Source: an uncultured Polaribacter sp. (lineage in GTDB: Bacteria > Bacteroidota > Bacteroidia > Flavobacteriales > Flavobacteriaceae). Taken from it: a DNA stretch of 64,000 nt. Below, piece by piece: positions 49,924 through 59,210 of this stretch. The position numbers were made by a program, and so were the translations under genes. Under the pieces are notes generated by a model. The model was given only the letters and a program-made list of their open reading frames with translations, made no database searches and was not told the DNA's origin. The first letter of the stretch is position 1, and each line of letters starts with the position of its first letter. Location: positions 28,539 through 92,538 of the forward strand of contig CAYZDK010000001.1 in assembly GCA_964477255.1 (NCBI GenBank), given 5' to 3'.

Positions 49924-52900
49924 TTATAAATTAAATCCAAAATTAAACGTAATTCTAGGGCCATCCACACTGTTGAAAACGCCAAGCCTACCAGCTACCA
50001 TATTAGCAGCACTAACTAAAATACCACCACCAACGGATGTATTTAAAGATGTTGCTCCGTTAGGAATGTTTAGTAAACTCTCTGGAGTTCCCCAAACCAT
50101 TCCATAATCAAACCCACCAAAAAGCCCTATTGTTAAAGGAACCATTTGTGTTTTAAATTGCGTGAGATTTAATCGGATATCAGAACTGTGATAGAAAGCA
50201 TTTTTACCAGTAAATCTTTCGTTTCTAAATCCTCTTAAACCTCTATTTCCTCCAATATTTGGTGCTTGAAAGAATTCGAATGCATTACTAAATAAAAAAT
50301 GTGCAGAAGCTTTTGTTGCAAAAACAAGCAGGCCATTAGACACTAATTTATGGGTAAATCCAATACTTGTTTTATTGTAGGTAAAGTCTCTTTTTTTAGT
50401 AATATTAGAAGTTACGCCAAAAGCAGTTGCAAACTCAAAACCTAGTGTTGGAAACCCTACATTGTCAATATTAGAAAAAGAATAGCTTAATTCTGAGTTA
50501 AAAAATTGCTGCGAATTAAAAAGGCGATTATTTTCATTGTATAGGGTTTCTAAAAATCTGCCAGGAGTTCTTTCCACATCAAAATTTTGATAGTTTGCTG
50601 CTAATTTAACTGATGCACCAAGTCTTCCTCTCCATTTTAAAAAGGCCCCTAAATTAATTTTTCCAATTCTTACCCTATTAAAATCTCTGTTTTCTTCATC
50701 TTTAAATGCTTCTGGATTTGCAGAATTATTTCCAAAGCCAAAAAAGTTTCTAGCAAAATTAGGACTATTTAAATCTGCTTCAATTCCTAAGTTCCAATTT
50801 CTAAGTACTTTTGCAAATTCACCATTATAGTTAAGTTCAAACCCTTCTGTTGCAAAATAATAGCTACCAGAAATATTGTGCTGGTTGGTAAAAGGATTTC
50901 GCTTAAATCCGTTGTGAGTAGATCTAAAGAGAAACCCTAATTTTACGCCATCGTCTGGATTGTACCCGATTGCAGGGTAAATGGCATTTGCTGTTTTTTT
51001 TAATTTTAAATAATTATAAGTATTGGTTTTATAATCATCCGTAAACTTTGTTCTGACTTTAGAGGTTGTAGAAAAGGTGTTTTTCTTACTTTTTTGGTCA
51101 TAAACTACAATATTTTTGCCTGTAGGAATGTCGTAATAATCATTATTTAAACCACCAATTAGAATTAGTTTTATCGATTTTTTTTCTGGTACTCCAGTAA
51201 CTTTAAAAGTATCTTTATCATCTAAACCATACAGCCAAATTTCTTTGGTTTCTTTATTAGAGTACGTTTTATCATGAATTTTTACCCCTTTTTCGCCATC
51301 TTTTATTCTATAGATTTTAATATTTGTAAATCCATTTGGCAATCTTTCTATATCAAACCAATCGTCTTTATTAGTTCCTTTTACCACCTGAAATCTAGAA
51401 AAGTACTGGTAGTATCTGTCAGAAATCTGTTGTAAATTATTTCTACGTTCTATTAATTTTTTTCGAATAGATGTTATTGTTTCGTCTTTTACTTCACTTG
51501 GAAAATTTTGAAAAGCTTTATCTATAATATTATTAGATATTGTAGTTTGTAAGAGTTGTGCCTGTTGGTTCCAGTCTTTTTTAGAAGCTTCTGCTATGAT
51601 TAACATGTCTAAAGGATAAGCAGAATAATTAAAGTGTTCTGGCTTTTTCAAATCTTCACTATAAGATCGCATACCTTGCAAAGCAGGAATAGTTTTCGTT
51701 AAATAGTTTAATAGAAATCCATCGCTGTACATAGAGAAAGCTTGGTCTCTATCTCTAGGTACAGGTTTATACACTACTTTTTTACCTTCTTTAAATTCTG
51801 CCCAACGCCACTGATCTTGATGTCTATCCCAATCTCCAATTAGCATATCAAATAATCGCGCTCTGATATAACTATTTTCATCTACAACATACTTTTCATC
51901 TTTAGCTAATTTTTTTCTAAAATCGTCTGTACTTATCAATTCGTTAGAATACCCAAAATTAGCTTTATCTCCGTGTCCAGAATCTGTTCTTTCTTCTATC
52001 ATGTATAACGCATTGCCATAATTTTCGTTGTACTGCCCAAGTGCATTTTGCTTTGGTACATAATACAATGTTGGTTTGGTATGATATATATCTGCAGCGG
52101 CTGCCAATTCTGCAATTGTGAACGGGGCATAAGGATGTGAGCCTGTAAATACATCTAGCAGTAATTTTTCTGGAAATGTTTTATCGTATTGCCCTTCTAT
52201 ATATTGGTCTTTAAAAACCACAGCTTGTAAATACTGTACTGCACTTTTTCTTAAAGCTCGCATTACATACTGTCTTCCTTGCTTGTCTTCTAACCGTAAT
52301 GATTTGGATTGATGGCCACCACCTTTTCGTATAGGTTTTAGTCCGCCAAAAAGGGTATCTAAGTTTACTGTAGGTGCGTTTACTTTGGTGCCAAAATATT
52401 TTCGATATCTTTTACCCCAGAGGAATTCAAAAAACTTTCCTTTAGACACTTCTTCTTCGGTATAAATCGAAGCTTTTTTAGAGGGTAACTCTATATTTTT
52501 AAATTGTTGAAAAGAAGGGATGCTATCTGCATCTAGAACATTTGCTTTAAAAATGGCATCTTTAGTAAAAGCATCAAAAAAGTGAACAGTAGAAGATCCG
52601 TTTTCATAAATATCTAATCGTGCATATCCATTGGTTCCGTATCCAAATACTGCGCCATCACCATTTTTTACTGCAGATTTTTTAGATCCAGAACCACTTA
52701 CAATTTGATGTAAGTTGTCTTTAATTATGTATTGTAAACTATGTTCGTGACCTGAAACAAAAATTACTTTTTCATTGCTTTGTGCAATTGTTATTAATCT
52801 TTTTTGCAACTCATTATATTTCTTATTTTGTATGTCTACATTAGCAATACCTGTAGTTTTACGTAGTAGATTTTTTAGAGTTCCAAGTACAGGAAAAGGT

Positions 52901-53622
52901 TTTAAGTGGCTTTTAAACGAATATTTACCTCCATGAGAACCATTGGTAAACATTGGGTGATGAAGGGCTACAATAGTTGTTTTACCTCTAGATTTTTTAA
53001 TATCACTTTCAAATTCTTCTAAGAATTTTTCTCTCGTTTTTATTTCACATTTATCATTTATACCTGGGTGTTTATTCCAGTTAGTAATATACCAATGTGT
53101 GTCTACAATAATTAAATTAATCTTGTCATTAATTTCTTCTTTTTTTAAAGGACAACCATTTTCTGGTAGAAAAGAATTCTTTCCTAGTTTGTCGTCTACC
53201 AGATCTTCTTGTCTTTCCAATCCTTTTAAACCACTATACCAATCATGGTTTCCAGGAATCATAATTGTTCTTCCAGGAAACTGTTCTCCTATTTCTGTTT
53301 GTACTCTAAGTTTATGCTTTGCTAATTGGTATTCTTTTTTCTTCTTTTTATTAGGAATTCCTTTTTCGTAAACGTTATCTCCTAAAAACAAAAGTGTAGC
53401 ATCCTTTGGAGCTTTTTTAATATCCTTTGCTAACCTTTGAAGTGCGATGTCTTTTTTCCCTAATTCAGAACCACCTGCATCTCCCATTAAATAAAAGGAG
53501 TGTAAGATTTTACTATTTGGTTTTTCATATTTCACAGATTCATCTACTTGCATTTTAAATGTTGCACACGAATAAAAAAGAAAAAAGCTACAAATAGAAA
53601 CTGCTAAATTGAGATGTCTCAT
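49924..53622 (-). CDS. Lipoprotein metallophosphoesterase fused to a kinase-like domain and an Omp85/BamA-type beta-barrel
   Basis: Lipobox FYSC; calcineurin-like GDAG, GDNVY, GNHDW, HHP, GHEH; central GGGHQS...DRHQDQ...RDRDQ; C-terminal barrel with GLRGF loop-6 motif; start moved to ATG 53622. Confidence 0.85.
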   Translation of the reverse strand: MRHLNLAVSICSFFLFYSCATFKMQVDESVKYEKPNSKILHSFYLMGDAGGSELGKKDIALQRLAKDIKKAPKDATLLFLGDNVYEKGIPNKKKKKEYQLAKHKLRVQTEIGEQFPGRTIMIPGNHDWYSGLKGLERQEDLVDDKLGKNSFLPENGCPLKKEEINDKINLIIVDTHWYITNWNKHPGINDKCEIKTREKFLEEFESDIKKSRGKTTIVALHHPMFTNGSHGGKYSFKSHLKPFPVLGTLKNLLRKTTGIANVDIQNKKYNELQKRLITIAQSNEKVIFVSGHEHSLQYIIKDNLHQIVSGSGSKKSAVKNGDGAVFGYGTNGYARLDIYENGSSTVHFFDAFTKDAIFKANVLDADSIPSFQQFKNIELPSKKASIYTEEEVSKGKFFEFLWGKRYRKYFGTKVNAPTVNLDTLFGGLKPIRKGGGHQSKSLRLEDKQGRQYVMRALRKSAVQYLQAVVFKDQYIEGQYDKTFPEKLLLDVFTGSHPYAPFTIAELAAAADIYHTKPTLYYVPKQNALGQYNENYGNALYMIEERTDSGHGDKANFGYSNELISTDDFRKKLAKDEKYVVDENSYIRARLFDMLIGDWDRHQDQWRWAEFKEGKKVVYKPVPRDRDQAFSMYSDGFLLNYLTKTIPALQGMRSYSEDLKKPEHFNYSAYPLDMLIIAEASKKDWNQQAQLLQTTISNNIIDKAFQNFPSEVKDETITSIRKKLIERRNNLQQISDRYYQYFSRFQVVKGTNKDDWFDIERLPNGFTNIKIYRIKDGEKGVKIHDKTYSNKETKEIWLYGLDDKDTFKVTGVPEKKSIKLILIGGLNNDYYDIPTGKNIVVYDQKSKKNTFSTTSKVRTKFTDDYKTNTYNYLKLKKTANAIYPAIGYNPDDGVKLGFLFRSTHNGFKRNPFTNQHNISGSYYFATEGFELNYNGEFAKVLRNWNLGIEADLNSPNFARNFFGFGNNSANPEAFKDEENRDFNRVRIGKINLGAFLKWRGRLGASVKLAANYQNFDVERTPGRFLETLYNENNRLFNSQQFFNSELSYSFSNIDNVGFPTLGFEFATAFGVTSNITKKRDFTYNKTSIGFTHKLVSNGLLVFATKASAHFLFSNAFEFFQAPNIGGNRGLRGFRNERFTGKNAFYHSSDIRLNLTQFKTQMVPLTIGLFGGFDYGMVWGTPESLLNIPNGATSLNTSVGGGILVSAANMVAGRLGVFNSVDGPRITFNFGFNL

Positions 53623-53623
53623 T

Positions 53624-54229
53624 TTAGTTAAGTTTGTTAAATTGAGCGATATAATTCGTATAATCTTCAAGAGTATCAATATCAATTAAATTAGCAGTAA
53701 AGGTACTTAAAATAGTGTTTTTTTGATTTTTAAGCATCATATTTTTAGCGCCTTTATCTCCATTTATATGTGCTAACTCGTTCCAATAGATTCTTGGAAA
53801 TATTGCTGGTACTCCAGGACTGTTATTGTAGGATGATGCAATAATTTTCTGACGATTTTGATTCCAAAGCGCTCTTAGTTTTTTTAGGTACTTCATTTCA
53901 ATAGCTGGTTGATCACCCAAAAGAACAAATACTGCTTTAAAAGGAGCGTTAACAGATTTAAAATATGCGATACCAGATTTAATACTTTCGCTAAGACCTT
54001 TATGATAATTGGTATTGTGAATGTAATTTATATTTGATAATCGGATACTTTTTTTTACTTCTTTGAAATTTTCGCCAAGTGTACAAAAAGTTGCTTTTGG
54101 GGCAATTTCTAGCGCTTTTTCTAAGACAACTTGAAGCATGGGTTTATCTGCTATTTTTAGCAATTGCTTATCGGTTTTCATACGCGATGATTTTCCTGCA
54201 GCAAGCACTAATATTGCAATTTCACTCAT
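53624..54229 (-). CDS. MocA-like nucleotidyltransferase (NTP_transf_3)
   Basis: LAAGKSSRM, GLSESI, LGDQP, GDKGAK, DIDT motifs. Confidence 0.88.
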   Translation of the reverse strand: MSEIAILVLAAGKSSRMKTDKQLLKIADKPMLQVVLEKALEIAPKATFCTLGENFKEVKKSIRLSNINYIHNTNYHKGLSESIKSGIAYFKSVNAPFKAVFVLLGDQPAIEMKYLKKLRALWNQNRQKIIASSYNNSPGVPAIFPRIYWNELAHINGDKGAKNMMLKNQKNTILSTFTANLIDIDTLEDYTNYIAQFNKLN

Positions 54230-55248
54230 TATTTAGAATGAATTTTTCCAGTTAATTCTCTAAGATAAAACGGTTCTTTATTCCTAAAGACAGACAGAAT
54301 TTCTGCAATTATAGAAATGGCAATTTCTTCTGGTGTACGAGCACCTATGTGTAAGCCAGCTGGAGTATAAATGCTTTCAAGAAATGCATCAGAAACATCA
54401 GGAACATAATTAAATAAGTCGTTAAAAAGCTGTTCTCTTCTCTTTGGGGCTCCTAAAATACCTATGTAGGTTGCTTTGTGCTTGCTTAATTCAATTACAT
54501 ATTTTAAATCTCGTACAAAACTGTGGTTCATGATAACAACAGCAGTATTATTCTCTATTTCATTGAATGAAAAAGTTTCAGGTTCTGCACCTTGCATGCT
54601 ATTTGCACCTGGAAAATCTGTTAGTTTTTTTTGTTCTTTTGCAGGAGTAACTACATCTACTTGCCAACCTAAATTACTTGCAATACTGCATAACTTAACA
54701 GCATCGTGTTCACCTCCAATTATTAACAAGCGGAAACATGGAGAAAGAGTTTGTTCCAATAAAAGAGAATCTTTTGATTGTTGCGTGTGGTAATTCTCAG
54801 AAAATGTAAATTTTTCTTGATTTATTATAATTTCTGACCCAAAATTACCCTTTGCTTCATCTTCTTTTTGATAGGAAGAAATTATTTTTACTGCTTTTCT
54901 ATTTCGATAGTTTTGTAAGAAAACAGCATTTAATTTATCAGAAACCAGAAAAGGTTCTATTAAAATGTATAAAATACCTTCACAACCTAGTCTGTACCTG
55001 CCATCGTAAGTAATAATTTTAGCTTTATTTTCTTTAAAAACAGATGCAGCTCTAAGAATTATTTCTTTTTCTACACAACCACCACTAACAGCACCAACAA
55101 TGCTTGAATCTTCAGCAATAAGCATGCGTACACCTGGCTTTCTATAAGAAGATCCATCTAAATGAACCACTGTAGCTAAAACATTTTTTAACCCTTTTTT
55201 TTGATTGCTAATGGCTTTCTTGAAAATTTCTTTTACTTCGTGAATCAT
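54229..55248 (-). CDS. XdhC/CoxI family molybdoenzyme maturation protein
   Basis: GSSYRKPG, GAVSGGCVE, LGCEG, YIGILG, PAGLHIGARTPEEIAISI; start moved to ATG 55248. Confidence 0.9.
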   Translation of the reverse strand: MIHEVKEIFKKAISNQKKGLKNVLATVVHLDGSSYRKPGVRMLIAEDSSIVGAVSGGCVEKEIILRAASVFKENKAKIITYDGRYRLGCEGILYILIEPFLVSDKLNAVFLQNYRNRKAVKIISSYQKEDEAKGNFGSEIIINQEKFTFSENYHTQQSKDSLLLEQTLSPCFRLLIIGGEHDAVKLCSIASNLGWQVDVVTPAKEQKKLTDFPGANSMQGAEPETFSFNEIENNTAVVIMNHSFVRDLKYVIELSKHKATYIGILGAPKRREQLFNDLFNYVPDVSDAFLESIYTPAGLHIGARTPEEIAISIIAEILSVFRNKEPFYLRELTGKIHSK

Positions 55249-55278
55249 AGAAAATCTAAAGTACACTTTTTTATGCAA

Positions 55279-56835
55279 TTAAGAACTACAAGACAACATG
55301 GAACACCCTACTTTGTCCCTTGCCCATTCAGGTCTTTTTGCATACCATTTTTCAAATATAGGTTGTTCTTGGTACGGTTTTTTTAGTAGTGTATAAAGCT
55401 CATCAATTAATTCATATTGTCCTCTATTTGCAGCATCAATAGCTAATTGTGCCATATAATTTCGTAATACATATTTCGGATTTACCGAATTCATTTTATT
55501 TTGTCTTTCTAATTGCGATAGTTTTTCTTTTTTTAACCTTTCTGCATATAATCTAAACCAATTTTCCCACTCGTCTTTATTTTTTTGACCTATATTTTCT
55601 GCATCATAAAAGGCTTTTTCAATCAATTCTAATCCATTTTTATCTTCAGAAAACTTACTTAATTCGCGAAAAAAAATGGTCATATCTATTTCTTCTAAAA
55701 GCAAGCAATCTTCTAATTTACTAATTAAGTTTTTATCTTCTTTCTGGTTTTCGTAAAATCCTAGTTTAGACTGCATCATGGTTAACGATTTTGTTTCAAA
55801 ATCAATTTTATATTGATTTAGAATTTCTTCTAATGGAGCAGCATCTTCTATAATAGGGTATAAGGCATTTGCCAATTGGTACAAATTCCAAAGTCCAATA
55901 TTTGGTTGATTTCCATACCTATAGCGTCTTTGTTGCCTATCTGTTGTGTTTGGAGTCCATCCAAAATCAAAACCTTCTAACCAGCCATAAGGGCCATAAT
56001 CTATAGTTAATCCTAAGATAGACATGTTATCGGTATTCATTACACCATGTACAAAACCAACTCTTTGCCAATGAATTATTAGGTCTAGGGTTTTGGTAGT
56101 TACTTCTTTAAAAAACTGAATGTAAGTTTTTTTAGATGGTTTACCTAAATGACTAAAATGATGTTTTATAGTATAATCTACTAATAACTTTAAATTGGCA
56201 ACATCTTTTCTAGCAGCAAAAATTTCAAAACTTCCAAAGCGTAAAAACGAAGGAGAAACTCTACAAACAATTGCACCTTTTTCGTAAGCAGGATTTCCAT
56301 CGTACATAACATCACGTAAAACCTTATCTCCAGAAAGACATAAAGACAAAGCACGAGTTGTAGGAACACCCAAATGATACATAGCCTCACTACAAAGGTA
56401 TTCTCTAATCGAAGAACGTAATACTGCTAATCCGTCTGCGGTTCTAGAATATGGAGTTTCTCCTGCACCTTTTAATTGTAATTTCCAGTTTTTTTTATTT
56501 TGCGCAACTTCAAAAAGGTTTATTGCTCTGCCATCTCCTAATTGTCCTGCCCAATTGCCAAATTGATGCCCAGCATAACACATAGCATAAGGATTGGTAT
56601 TTGGATATATTTCTTGCCCTGAAAAAATGGCTTTAAACTTTTCTGAGTTACTTTCTTCTTTAGAGATGCCTAATTCATTAAGCATTTCATCAGAGGTATG
56701 AATCAATTGTGGGTTTTTTGGAGCTTTCGGATTTACATAAGAATACATAGCACCAAAAACTTGCCTTCTACTATTCTCTAAATTTGGATCTGAAGGTAAC
56801 TCGTCAGTAAAATTATTTGTGATATTAAGCTTCAT
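55279..56835 (-). CDS. selO: Protein adenylyltransferase SelO (YdiU)
   Basis: YAGHQFG, LGDGRA, QLKGAG.TPYSR.ADG, GFVHGVMNTDN, IDYGPYG, C-terminal CSMLSCSS. Confidence 0.96.
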   Translation of the reverse strand: MKLNITNNFTDELPSDPNLENSRRQVFGAMYSYVNPKAPKNPQLIHTSDEMLNELGISKEESNSEKFKAIFSGQEIYPNTNPYAMCYAGHQFGNWAGQLGDGRAINLFEVAQNKKNWKLQLKGAGETPYSRTADGLAVLRSSIREYLCSEAMYHLGVPTTRALSLCLSGDKVLRDVMYDGNPAYEKGAIVCRVSPSFLRFGSFEIFAARKDVANLKLLVDYTIKHHFSHLGKPSKKTYIQFFKEVTTKTLDLIIHWQRVGFVHGVMNTDNMSILGLTIDYGPYGWLEGFDFGWTPNTTDRQQRRYRYGNQPNIGLWNLYQLANALYPIIEDAAPLEEILNQYKIDFETKSLTMMQSKLGFYENQKEDKNLISKLEDCLLLEEIDMTIFFRELSKFSEDKNGLELIEKAFYDAENIGQKNKDEWENWFRLYAERLKKEKLSQLERQNKMNSVNPKYVLRNYMAQLAIDAANRGQYELIDELYTLLKKPYQEQPIFEKWYAKRPEWARDKVGCSMLSCSS

Positions 56836-56836
56836 C

Positions 56837-57370
56837 TTATTTTAGTTTACTAGCATGTAGTTCTCTAAGCTTAGCCAATTTTGGCTCAATAACAAAGCTA
56901 CAGTAACTGTTTTGTGTATTTTCTTTATAAAAATTTTGGTGTTCTTTTTCTGCTTCATAAAAAATTGGAGCTTCACTAATCTCTGTTACAATAGGATTAT
57001 TGTAGTAAGGCTGTAACTTCTTAACAACTTGATGTGCAATCTCTTTTTGTTCGTTAGAATGGTAAAAAATAACAGATCTATATTGGGTTCCTCTATCTGC
57101 ACCTTGTCTATTTAAAGTAGTAGGATCATGCGTTGTCATGAAAATAATTAATATGTCTTGATAGGAAATAATATCTGCATTGTACGAGATTTGAATTACT
57201 TCTGCATGACCTGTTAACCCAGAACATATTTCTCTGTAGGTTGGTTTTCCAGGAGCATTTCCACCAGAATACCCAGAAATTACTTTTTCTACTCCTTTCA
57301 CTTCTTGAAAAACTGCTTCTGTACACCAAAAGCATCCTCCACCAACAGTAGCAATTTTAGTATTAGGCAT
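56837..57370 (-). CDS. msrA: Peptide methionine (S)-sulfoxide reductase
   Basis: GGGCFWCTE, TGHAE, DRGTQYRS, AEKEHQ, YC motifs. Confidence 0.96.
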   Translation of the reverse strand: MPNTKIATVGGGCFWCTEAVFQEVKGVEKVISGYSGGNAPGKPTYREICSGLTGHAEVIQISYNADIISYQDILIIFMTTHDPTTLNRQGADRGTQYRSVIFYHSNEQKEIAHQVVKKLQPYYNNPIVTEISEAPIFYEAEKEHQNFYKENTQNSYCSFVIEPKLAKLRELHASKLK

Positions 57371-57821
57371 TTTCAGACGATTTTTCTAGTTGAAGCGAAG
57401 CTGAGTTGATGCAATAACGTAATCCACTTGGTTCTGGTCCATCAGGAAAAATATGTCCTAAATGAGCATCACAAGTATTGCAGAGTACTTCTACTCTGAC
57501 CATTCCAAAAGTGGTATCTTTTATATATTTAATTGCGTTTTCTTTAATAGGCTGTGTAAAACTTGGCCATCCAGATTTCGAATCGTATTTAATAGTAGAG
57601 TCAAATAGAGGGGTGTTGCAGCACTTGCAGTTGTATCTGCCTTTTTCATAAGTGCTACATAATTCACCTGTATGAGGTCTTTCTGTACCTTTTAAACGGG
57701 TTACTCTAAACTCTTCTTCTGTTAATTGTTTCTTCCATTCTGCATCTGTTTTTTCTACCCTTTTATCTGGAGCAGGATTTCCGTTAACGCTAAAATTTAT
57801 AATATCTTTCCAAGTAAGCAT
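57363..57821 (-). CDS. msrB: Peptide methionine (R)-sulfoxide reductase
   Basis: GTERP, CKCC and CNTC zinc pairs, GWPSF, HLGHIF, RYCINS. Confidence 0.96.
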   Translation of the reverse strand: MLTWKDIINFSVNGNPAPDKRVEKTDAEWKKQLTEEEFRVTRLKGTERPHTGELCSTYEKGRYNCKCCNTPLFDSTIKYDSKSGWPSFTQPIKENAIKYIKDTTFGMVRVEVLCNTCDAHLGHIFPDGPEPSGLRYCINSASLQLEKSSENA

Positions 57822-58004
57822 CTGTTTTTTTATTTAAATTGATTATAATTTTATAGGTATTTAAAGTAGATAACATTCTTGTAGCCTTACAATTATTTAG
57901 TACTTTGTAACCTATTTAATTTACAGTTAAATTTACAACGAAATATAAGACCAAGAATAAGGGTTGTATAGTTTCTAACTATCATTTTATAAAACAAGTT
58001 GAAT

Positions 58005-59207
58005 ATGTCAGAATTGGTTTCTTTAGTAGAAAAGCATGTTACTCATTTGCTAAACACACAATTAGATTCTAATTATTTGTACCATAATTTGGTGCATACA
58101 CAACGTGTAGTTAAAAAAGCAGAAGAGTTATTGGATAAAGCAGCACTATCAGATAAAGATAAAGAAGCTGTTTTAATTGCTGCATGGTTTCATGACACTG
58201 GTTTTGTTGTAACCCCTAATAATCATGAAGAGCAAAGTGTTCTTAAAGCAAAGTCGTTTTTAGAATCACAACAAGTTAGTGAAGCGCTTATTACTAAGGT
58301 TTCTGATTTAATTTTAGCAACTCAGCTAAGCCATCAACCAAAAAACGAGGCAGAAAAAGTGATAATTGATGCTGATTGTGCCCATTTGGCCTCTAAAAGT
58401 TTTTTTGATACCAACAGACTTTTACGAAAAGAATGGGAATTGTTAGGACTAAAAACCTACACTGATAAAGAATGGATATTAGAGAATATCAATTTTTTTA
58501 CAGAAGGGCATAAATACCATACTGAATACGCTCTAAAAGATTGGATAAAATCTAAGGAGAAAAACTTAGCTAAATTGATGAAAAGCTTGAAGAAGCATAA
58601 GGAGAATCAGAAAAAATTTAAGCAAAAACAAGAGTCTTTAAAGATTAAAAAAGAGAAAAAAGAACTTCCTGAACGTGGTGTAGAAACGATGTTTCGTGTT
58701 GCTTTAAAAAATCATATGGAGTTAAGTAATATAGCAGACACTAAAGCTAACATTTTGCTTTCTGTAAATGCTATTATTATTTCATTGGCGCTCTCTAATT
58801 TATTACCAAAGTTAGATAATCCATCTAATGCTCATTTAATAATACCAACTGTGATTTTTGTGATTTTTACAGTAGCTTCTATAATACTTTCCATCTTGGC
58901 AACGCGCCCTAATGTAACAGAGGGTACATTTACCAAAGAAGATGTAGCTAATAAAAAAGTAAATTTACTGTTCTTCGGAAACTTTCATCAAATGAAACTA
59001 GATGAATTTGAGTGGGGCATTTCTGAGGTAATGAAAGACAAAGATTACTTGTATAGTACATTAACCAAAGATTTGTATTTCTTGGGATTGGTTTTAGACA
59101 AAAAATATAAGATATTAAGAGTAACCTACACTGTTTTTATGTTTGGCATAATAATAAGTGTAATTGCTTTTGCATTATCTTTTAGAGTATATGGTGGTGT
59201 TTCTTAA
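58005..59207 (+). CDS. HD-domain phosphohydrolase fused to a Pycsar-type transmembrane effector (DUF5706-like)
   Basis: YHNLVH, AAWFHDTG, HEEQS, DADCAH; Lys-rich linker; IADTKANILL, LLFFGNF, YLGL-like FLGLVLDKKY and three hydrophobic helices. Confidence 0.85.
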   Translation: MSELVSLVEKHVTHLLNTQLDSNYLYHNLVHTQRVVKKAEELLDKAALSDKDKEAVLIAAWFHDTGFVVTPNNHEEQSVLKAKSFLESQQVSEALITKVSDLILATQLSHQPKNEAEKVIIDADCAHLASKSFFDTNRLLRKEWELLGLKTYTDKEWILENINFFTEGHKYHTEYALKDWIKSKEKNLAKLMKSLKKHKENQKKFKQKQESLKIKKEKKELPERGVETMFRVALKNHMELSNIADTKANILLSVNAIIISLALSNLLPKLDNPSNAHLIIPTVIFVIFTVASIILSILATRPNVTEGTFTKEDVANKKVNLLFFGNFHQMKLDEFEWGISEVMKDKDYLYSTLTKDLYFLGLVLDKKYKILRVTYTVFMFGIIISVIAFALSFRVYGGVS

Positions 59208-59210
59208 AAG

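Noticed and set aside
55279-55300. Selenocysteine recoding in SelO or MsrB
   Set aside because: SelO ends TGT AGT TCT TAA (Cys form) and MsrB has RYCINS; no in-frame TGA
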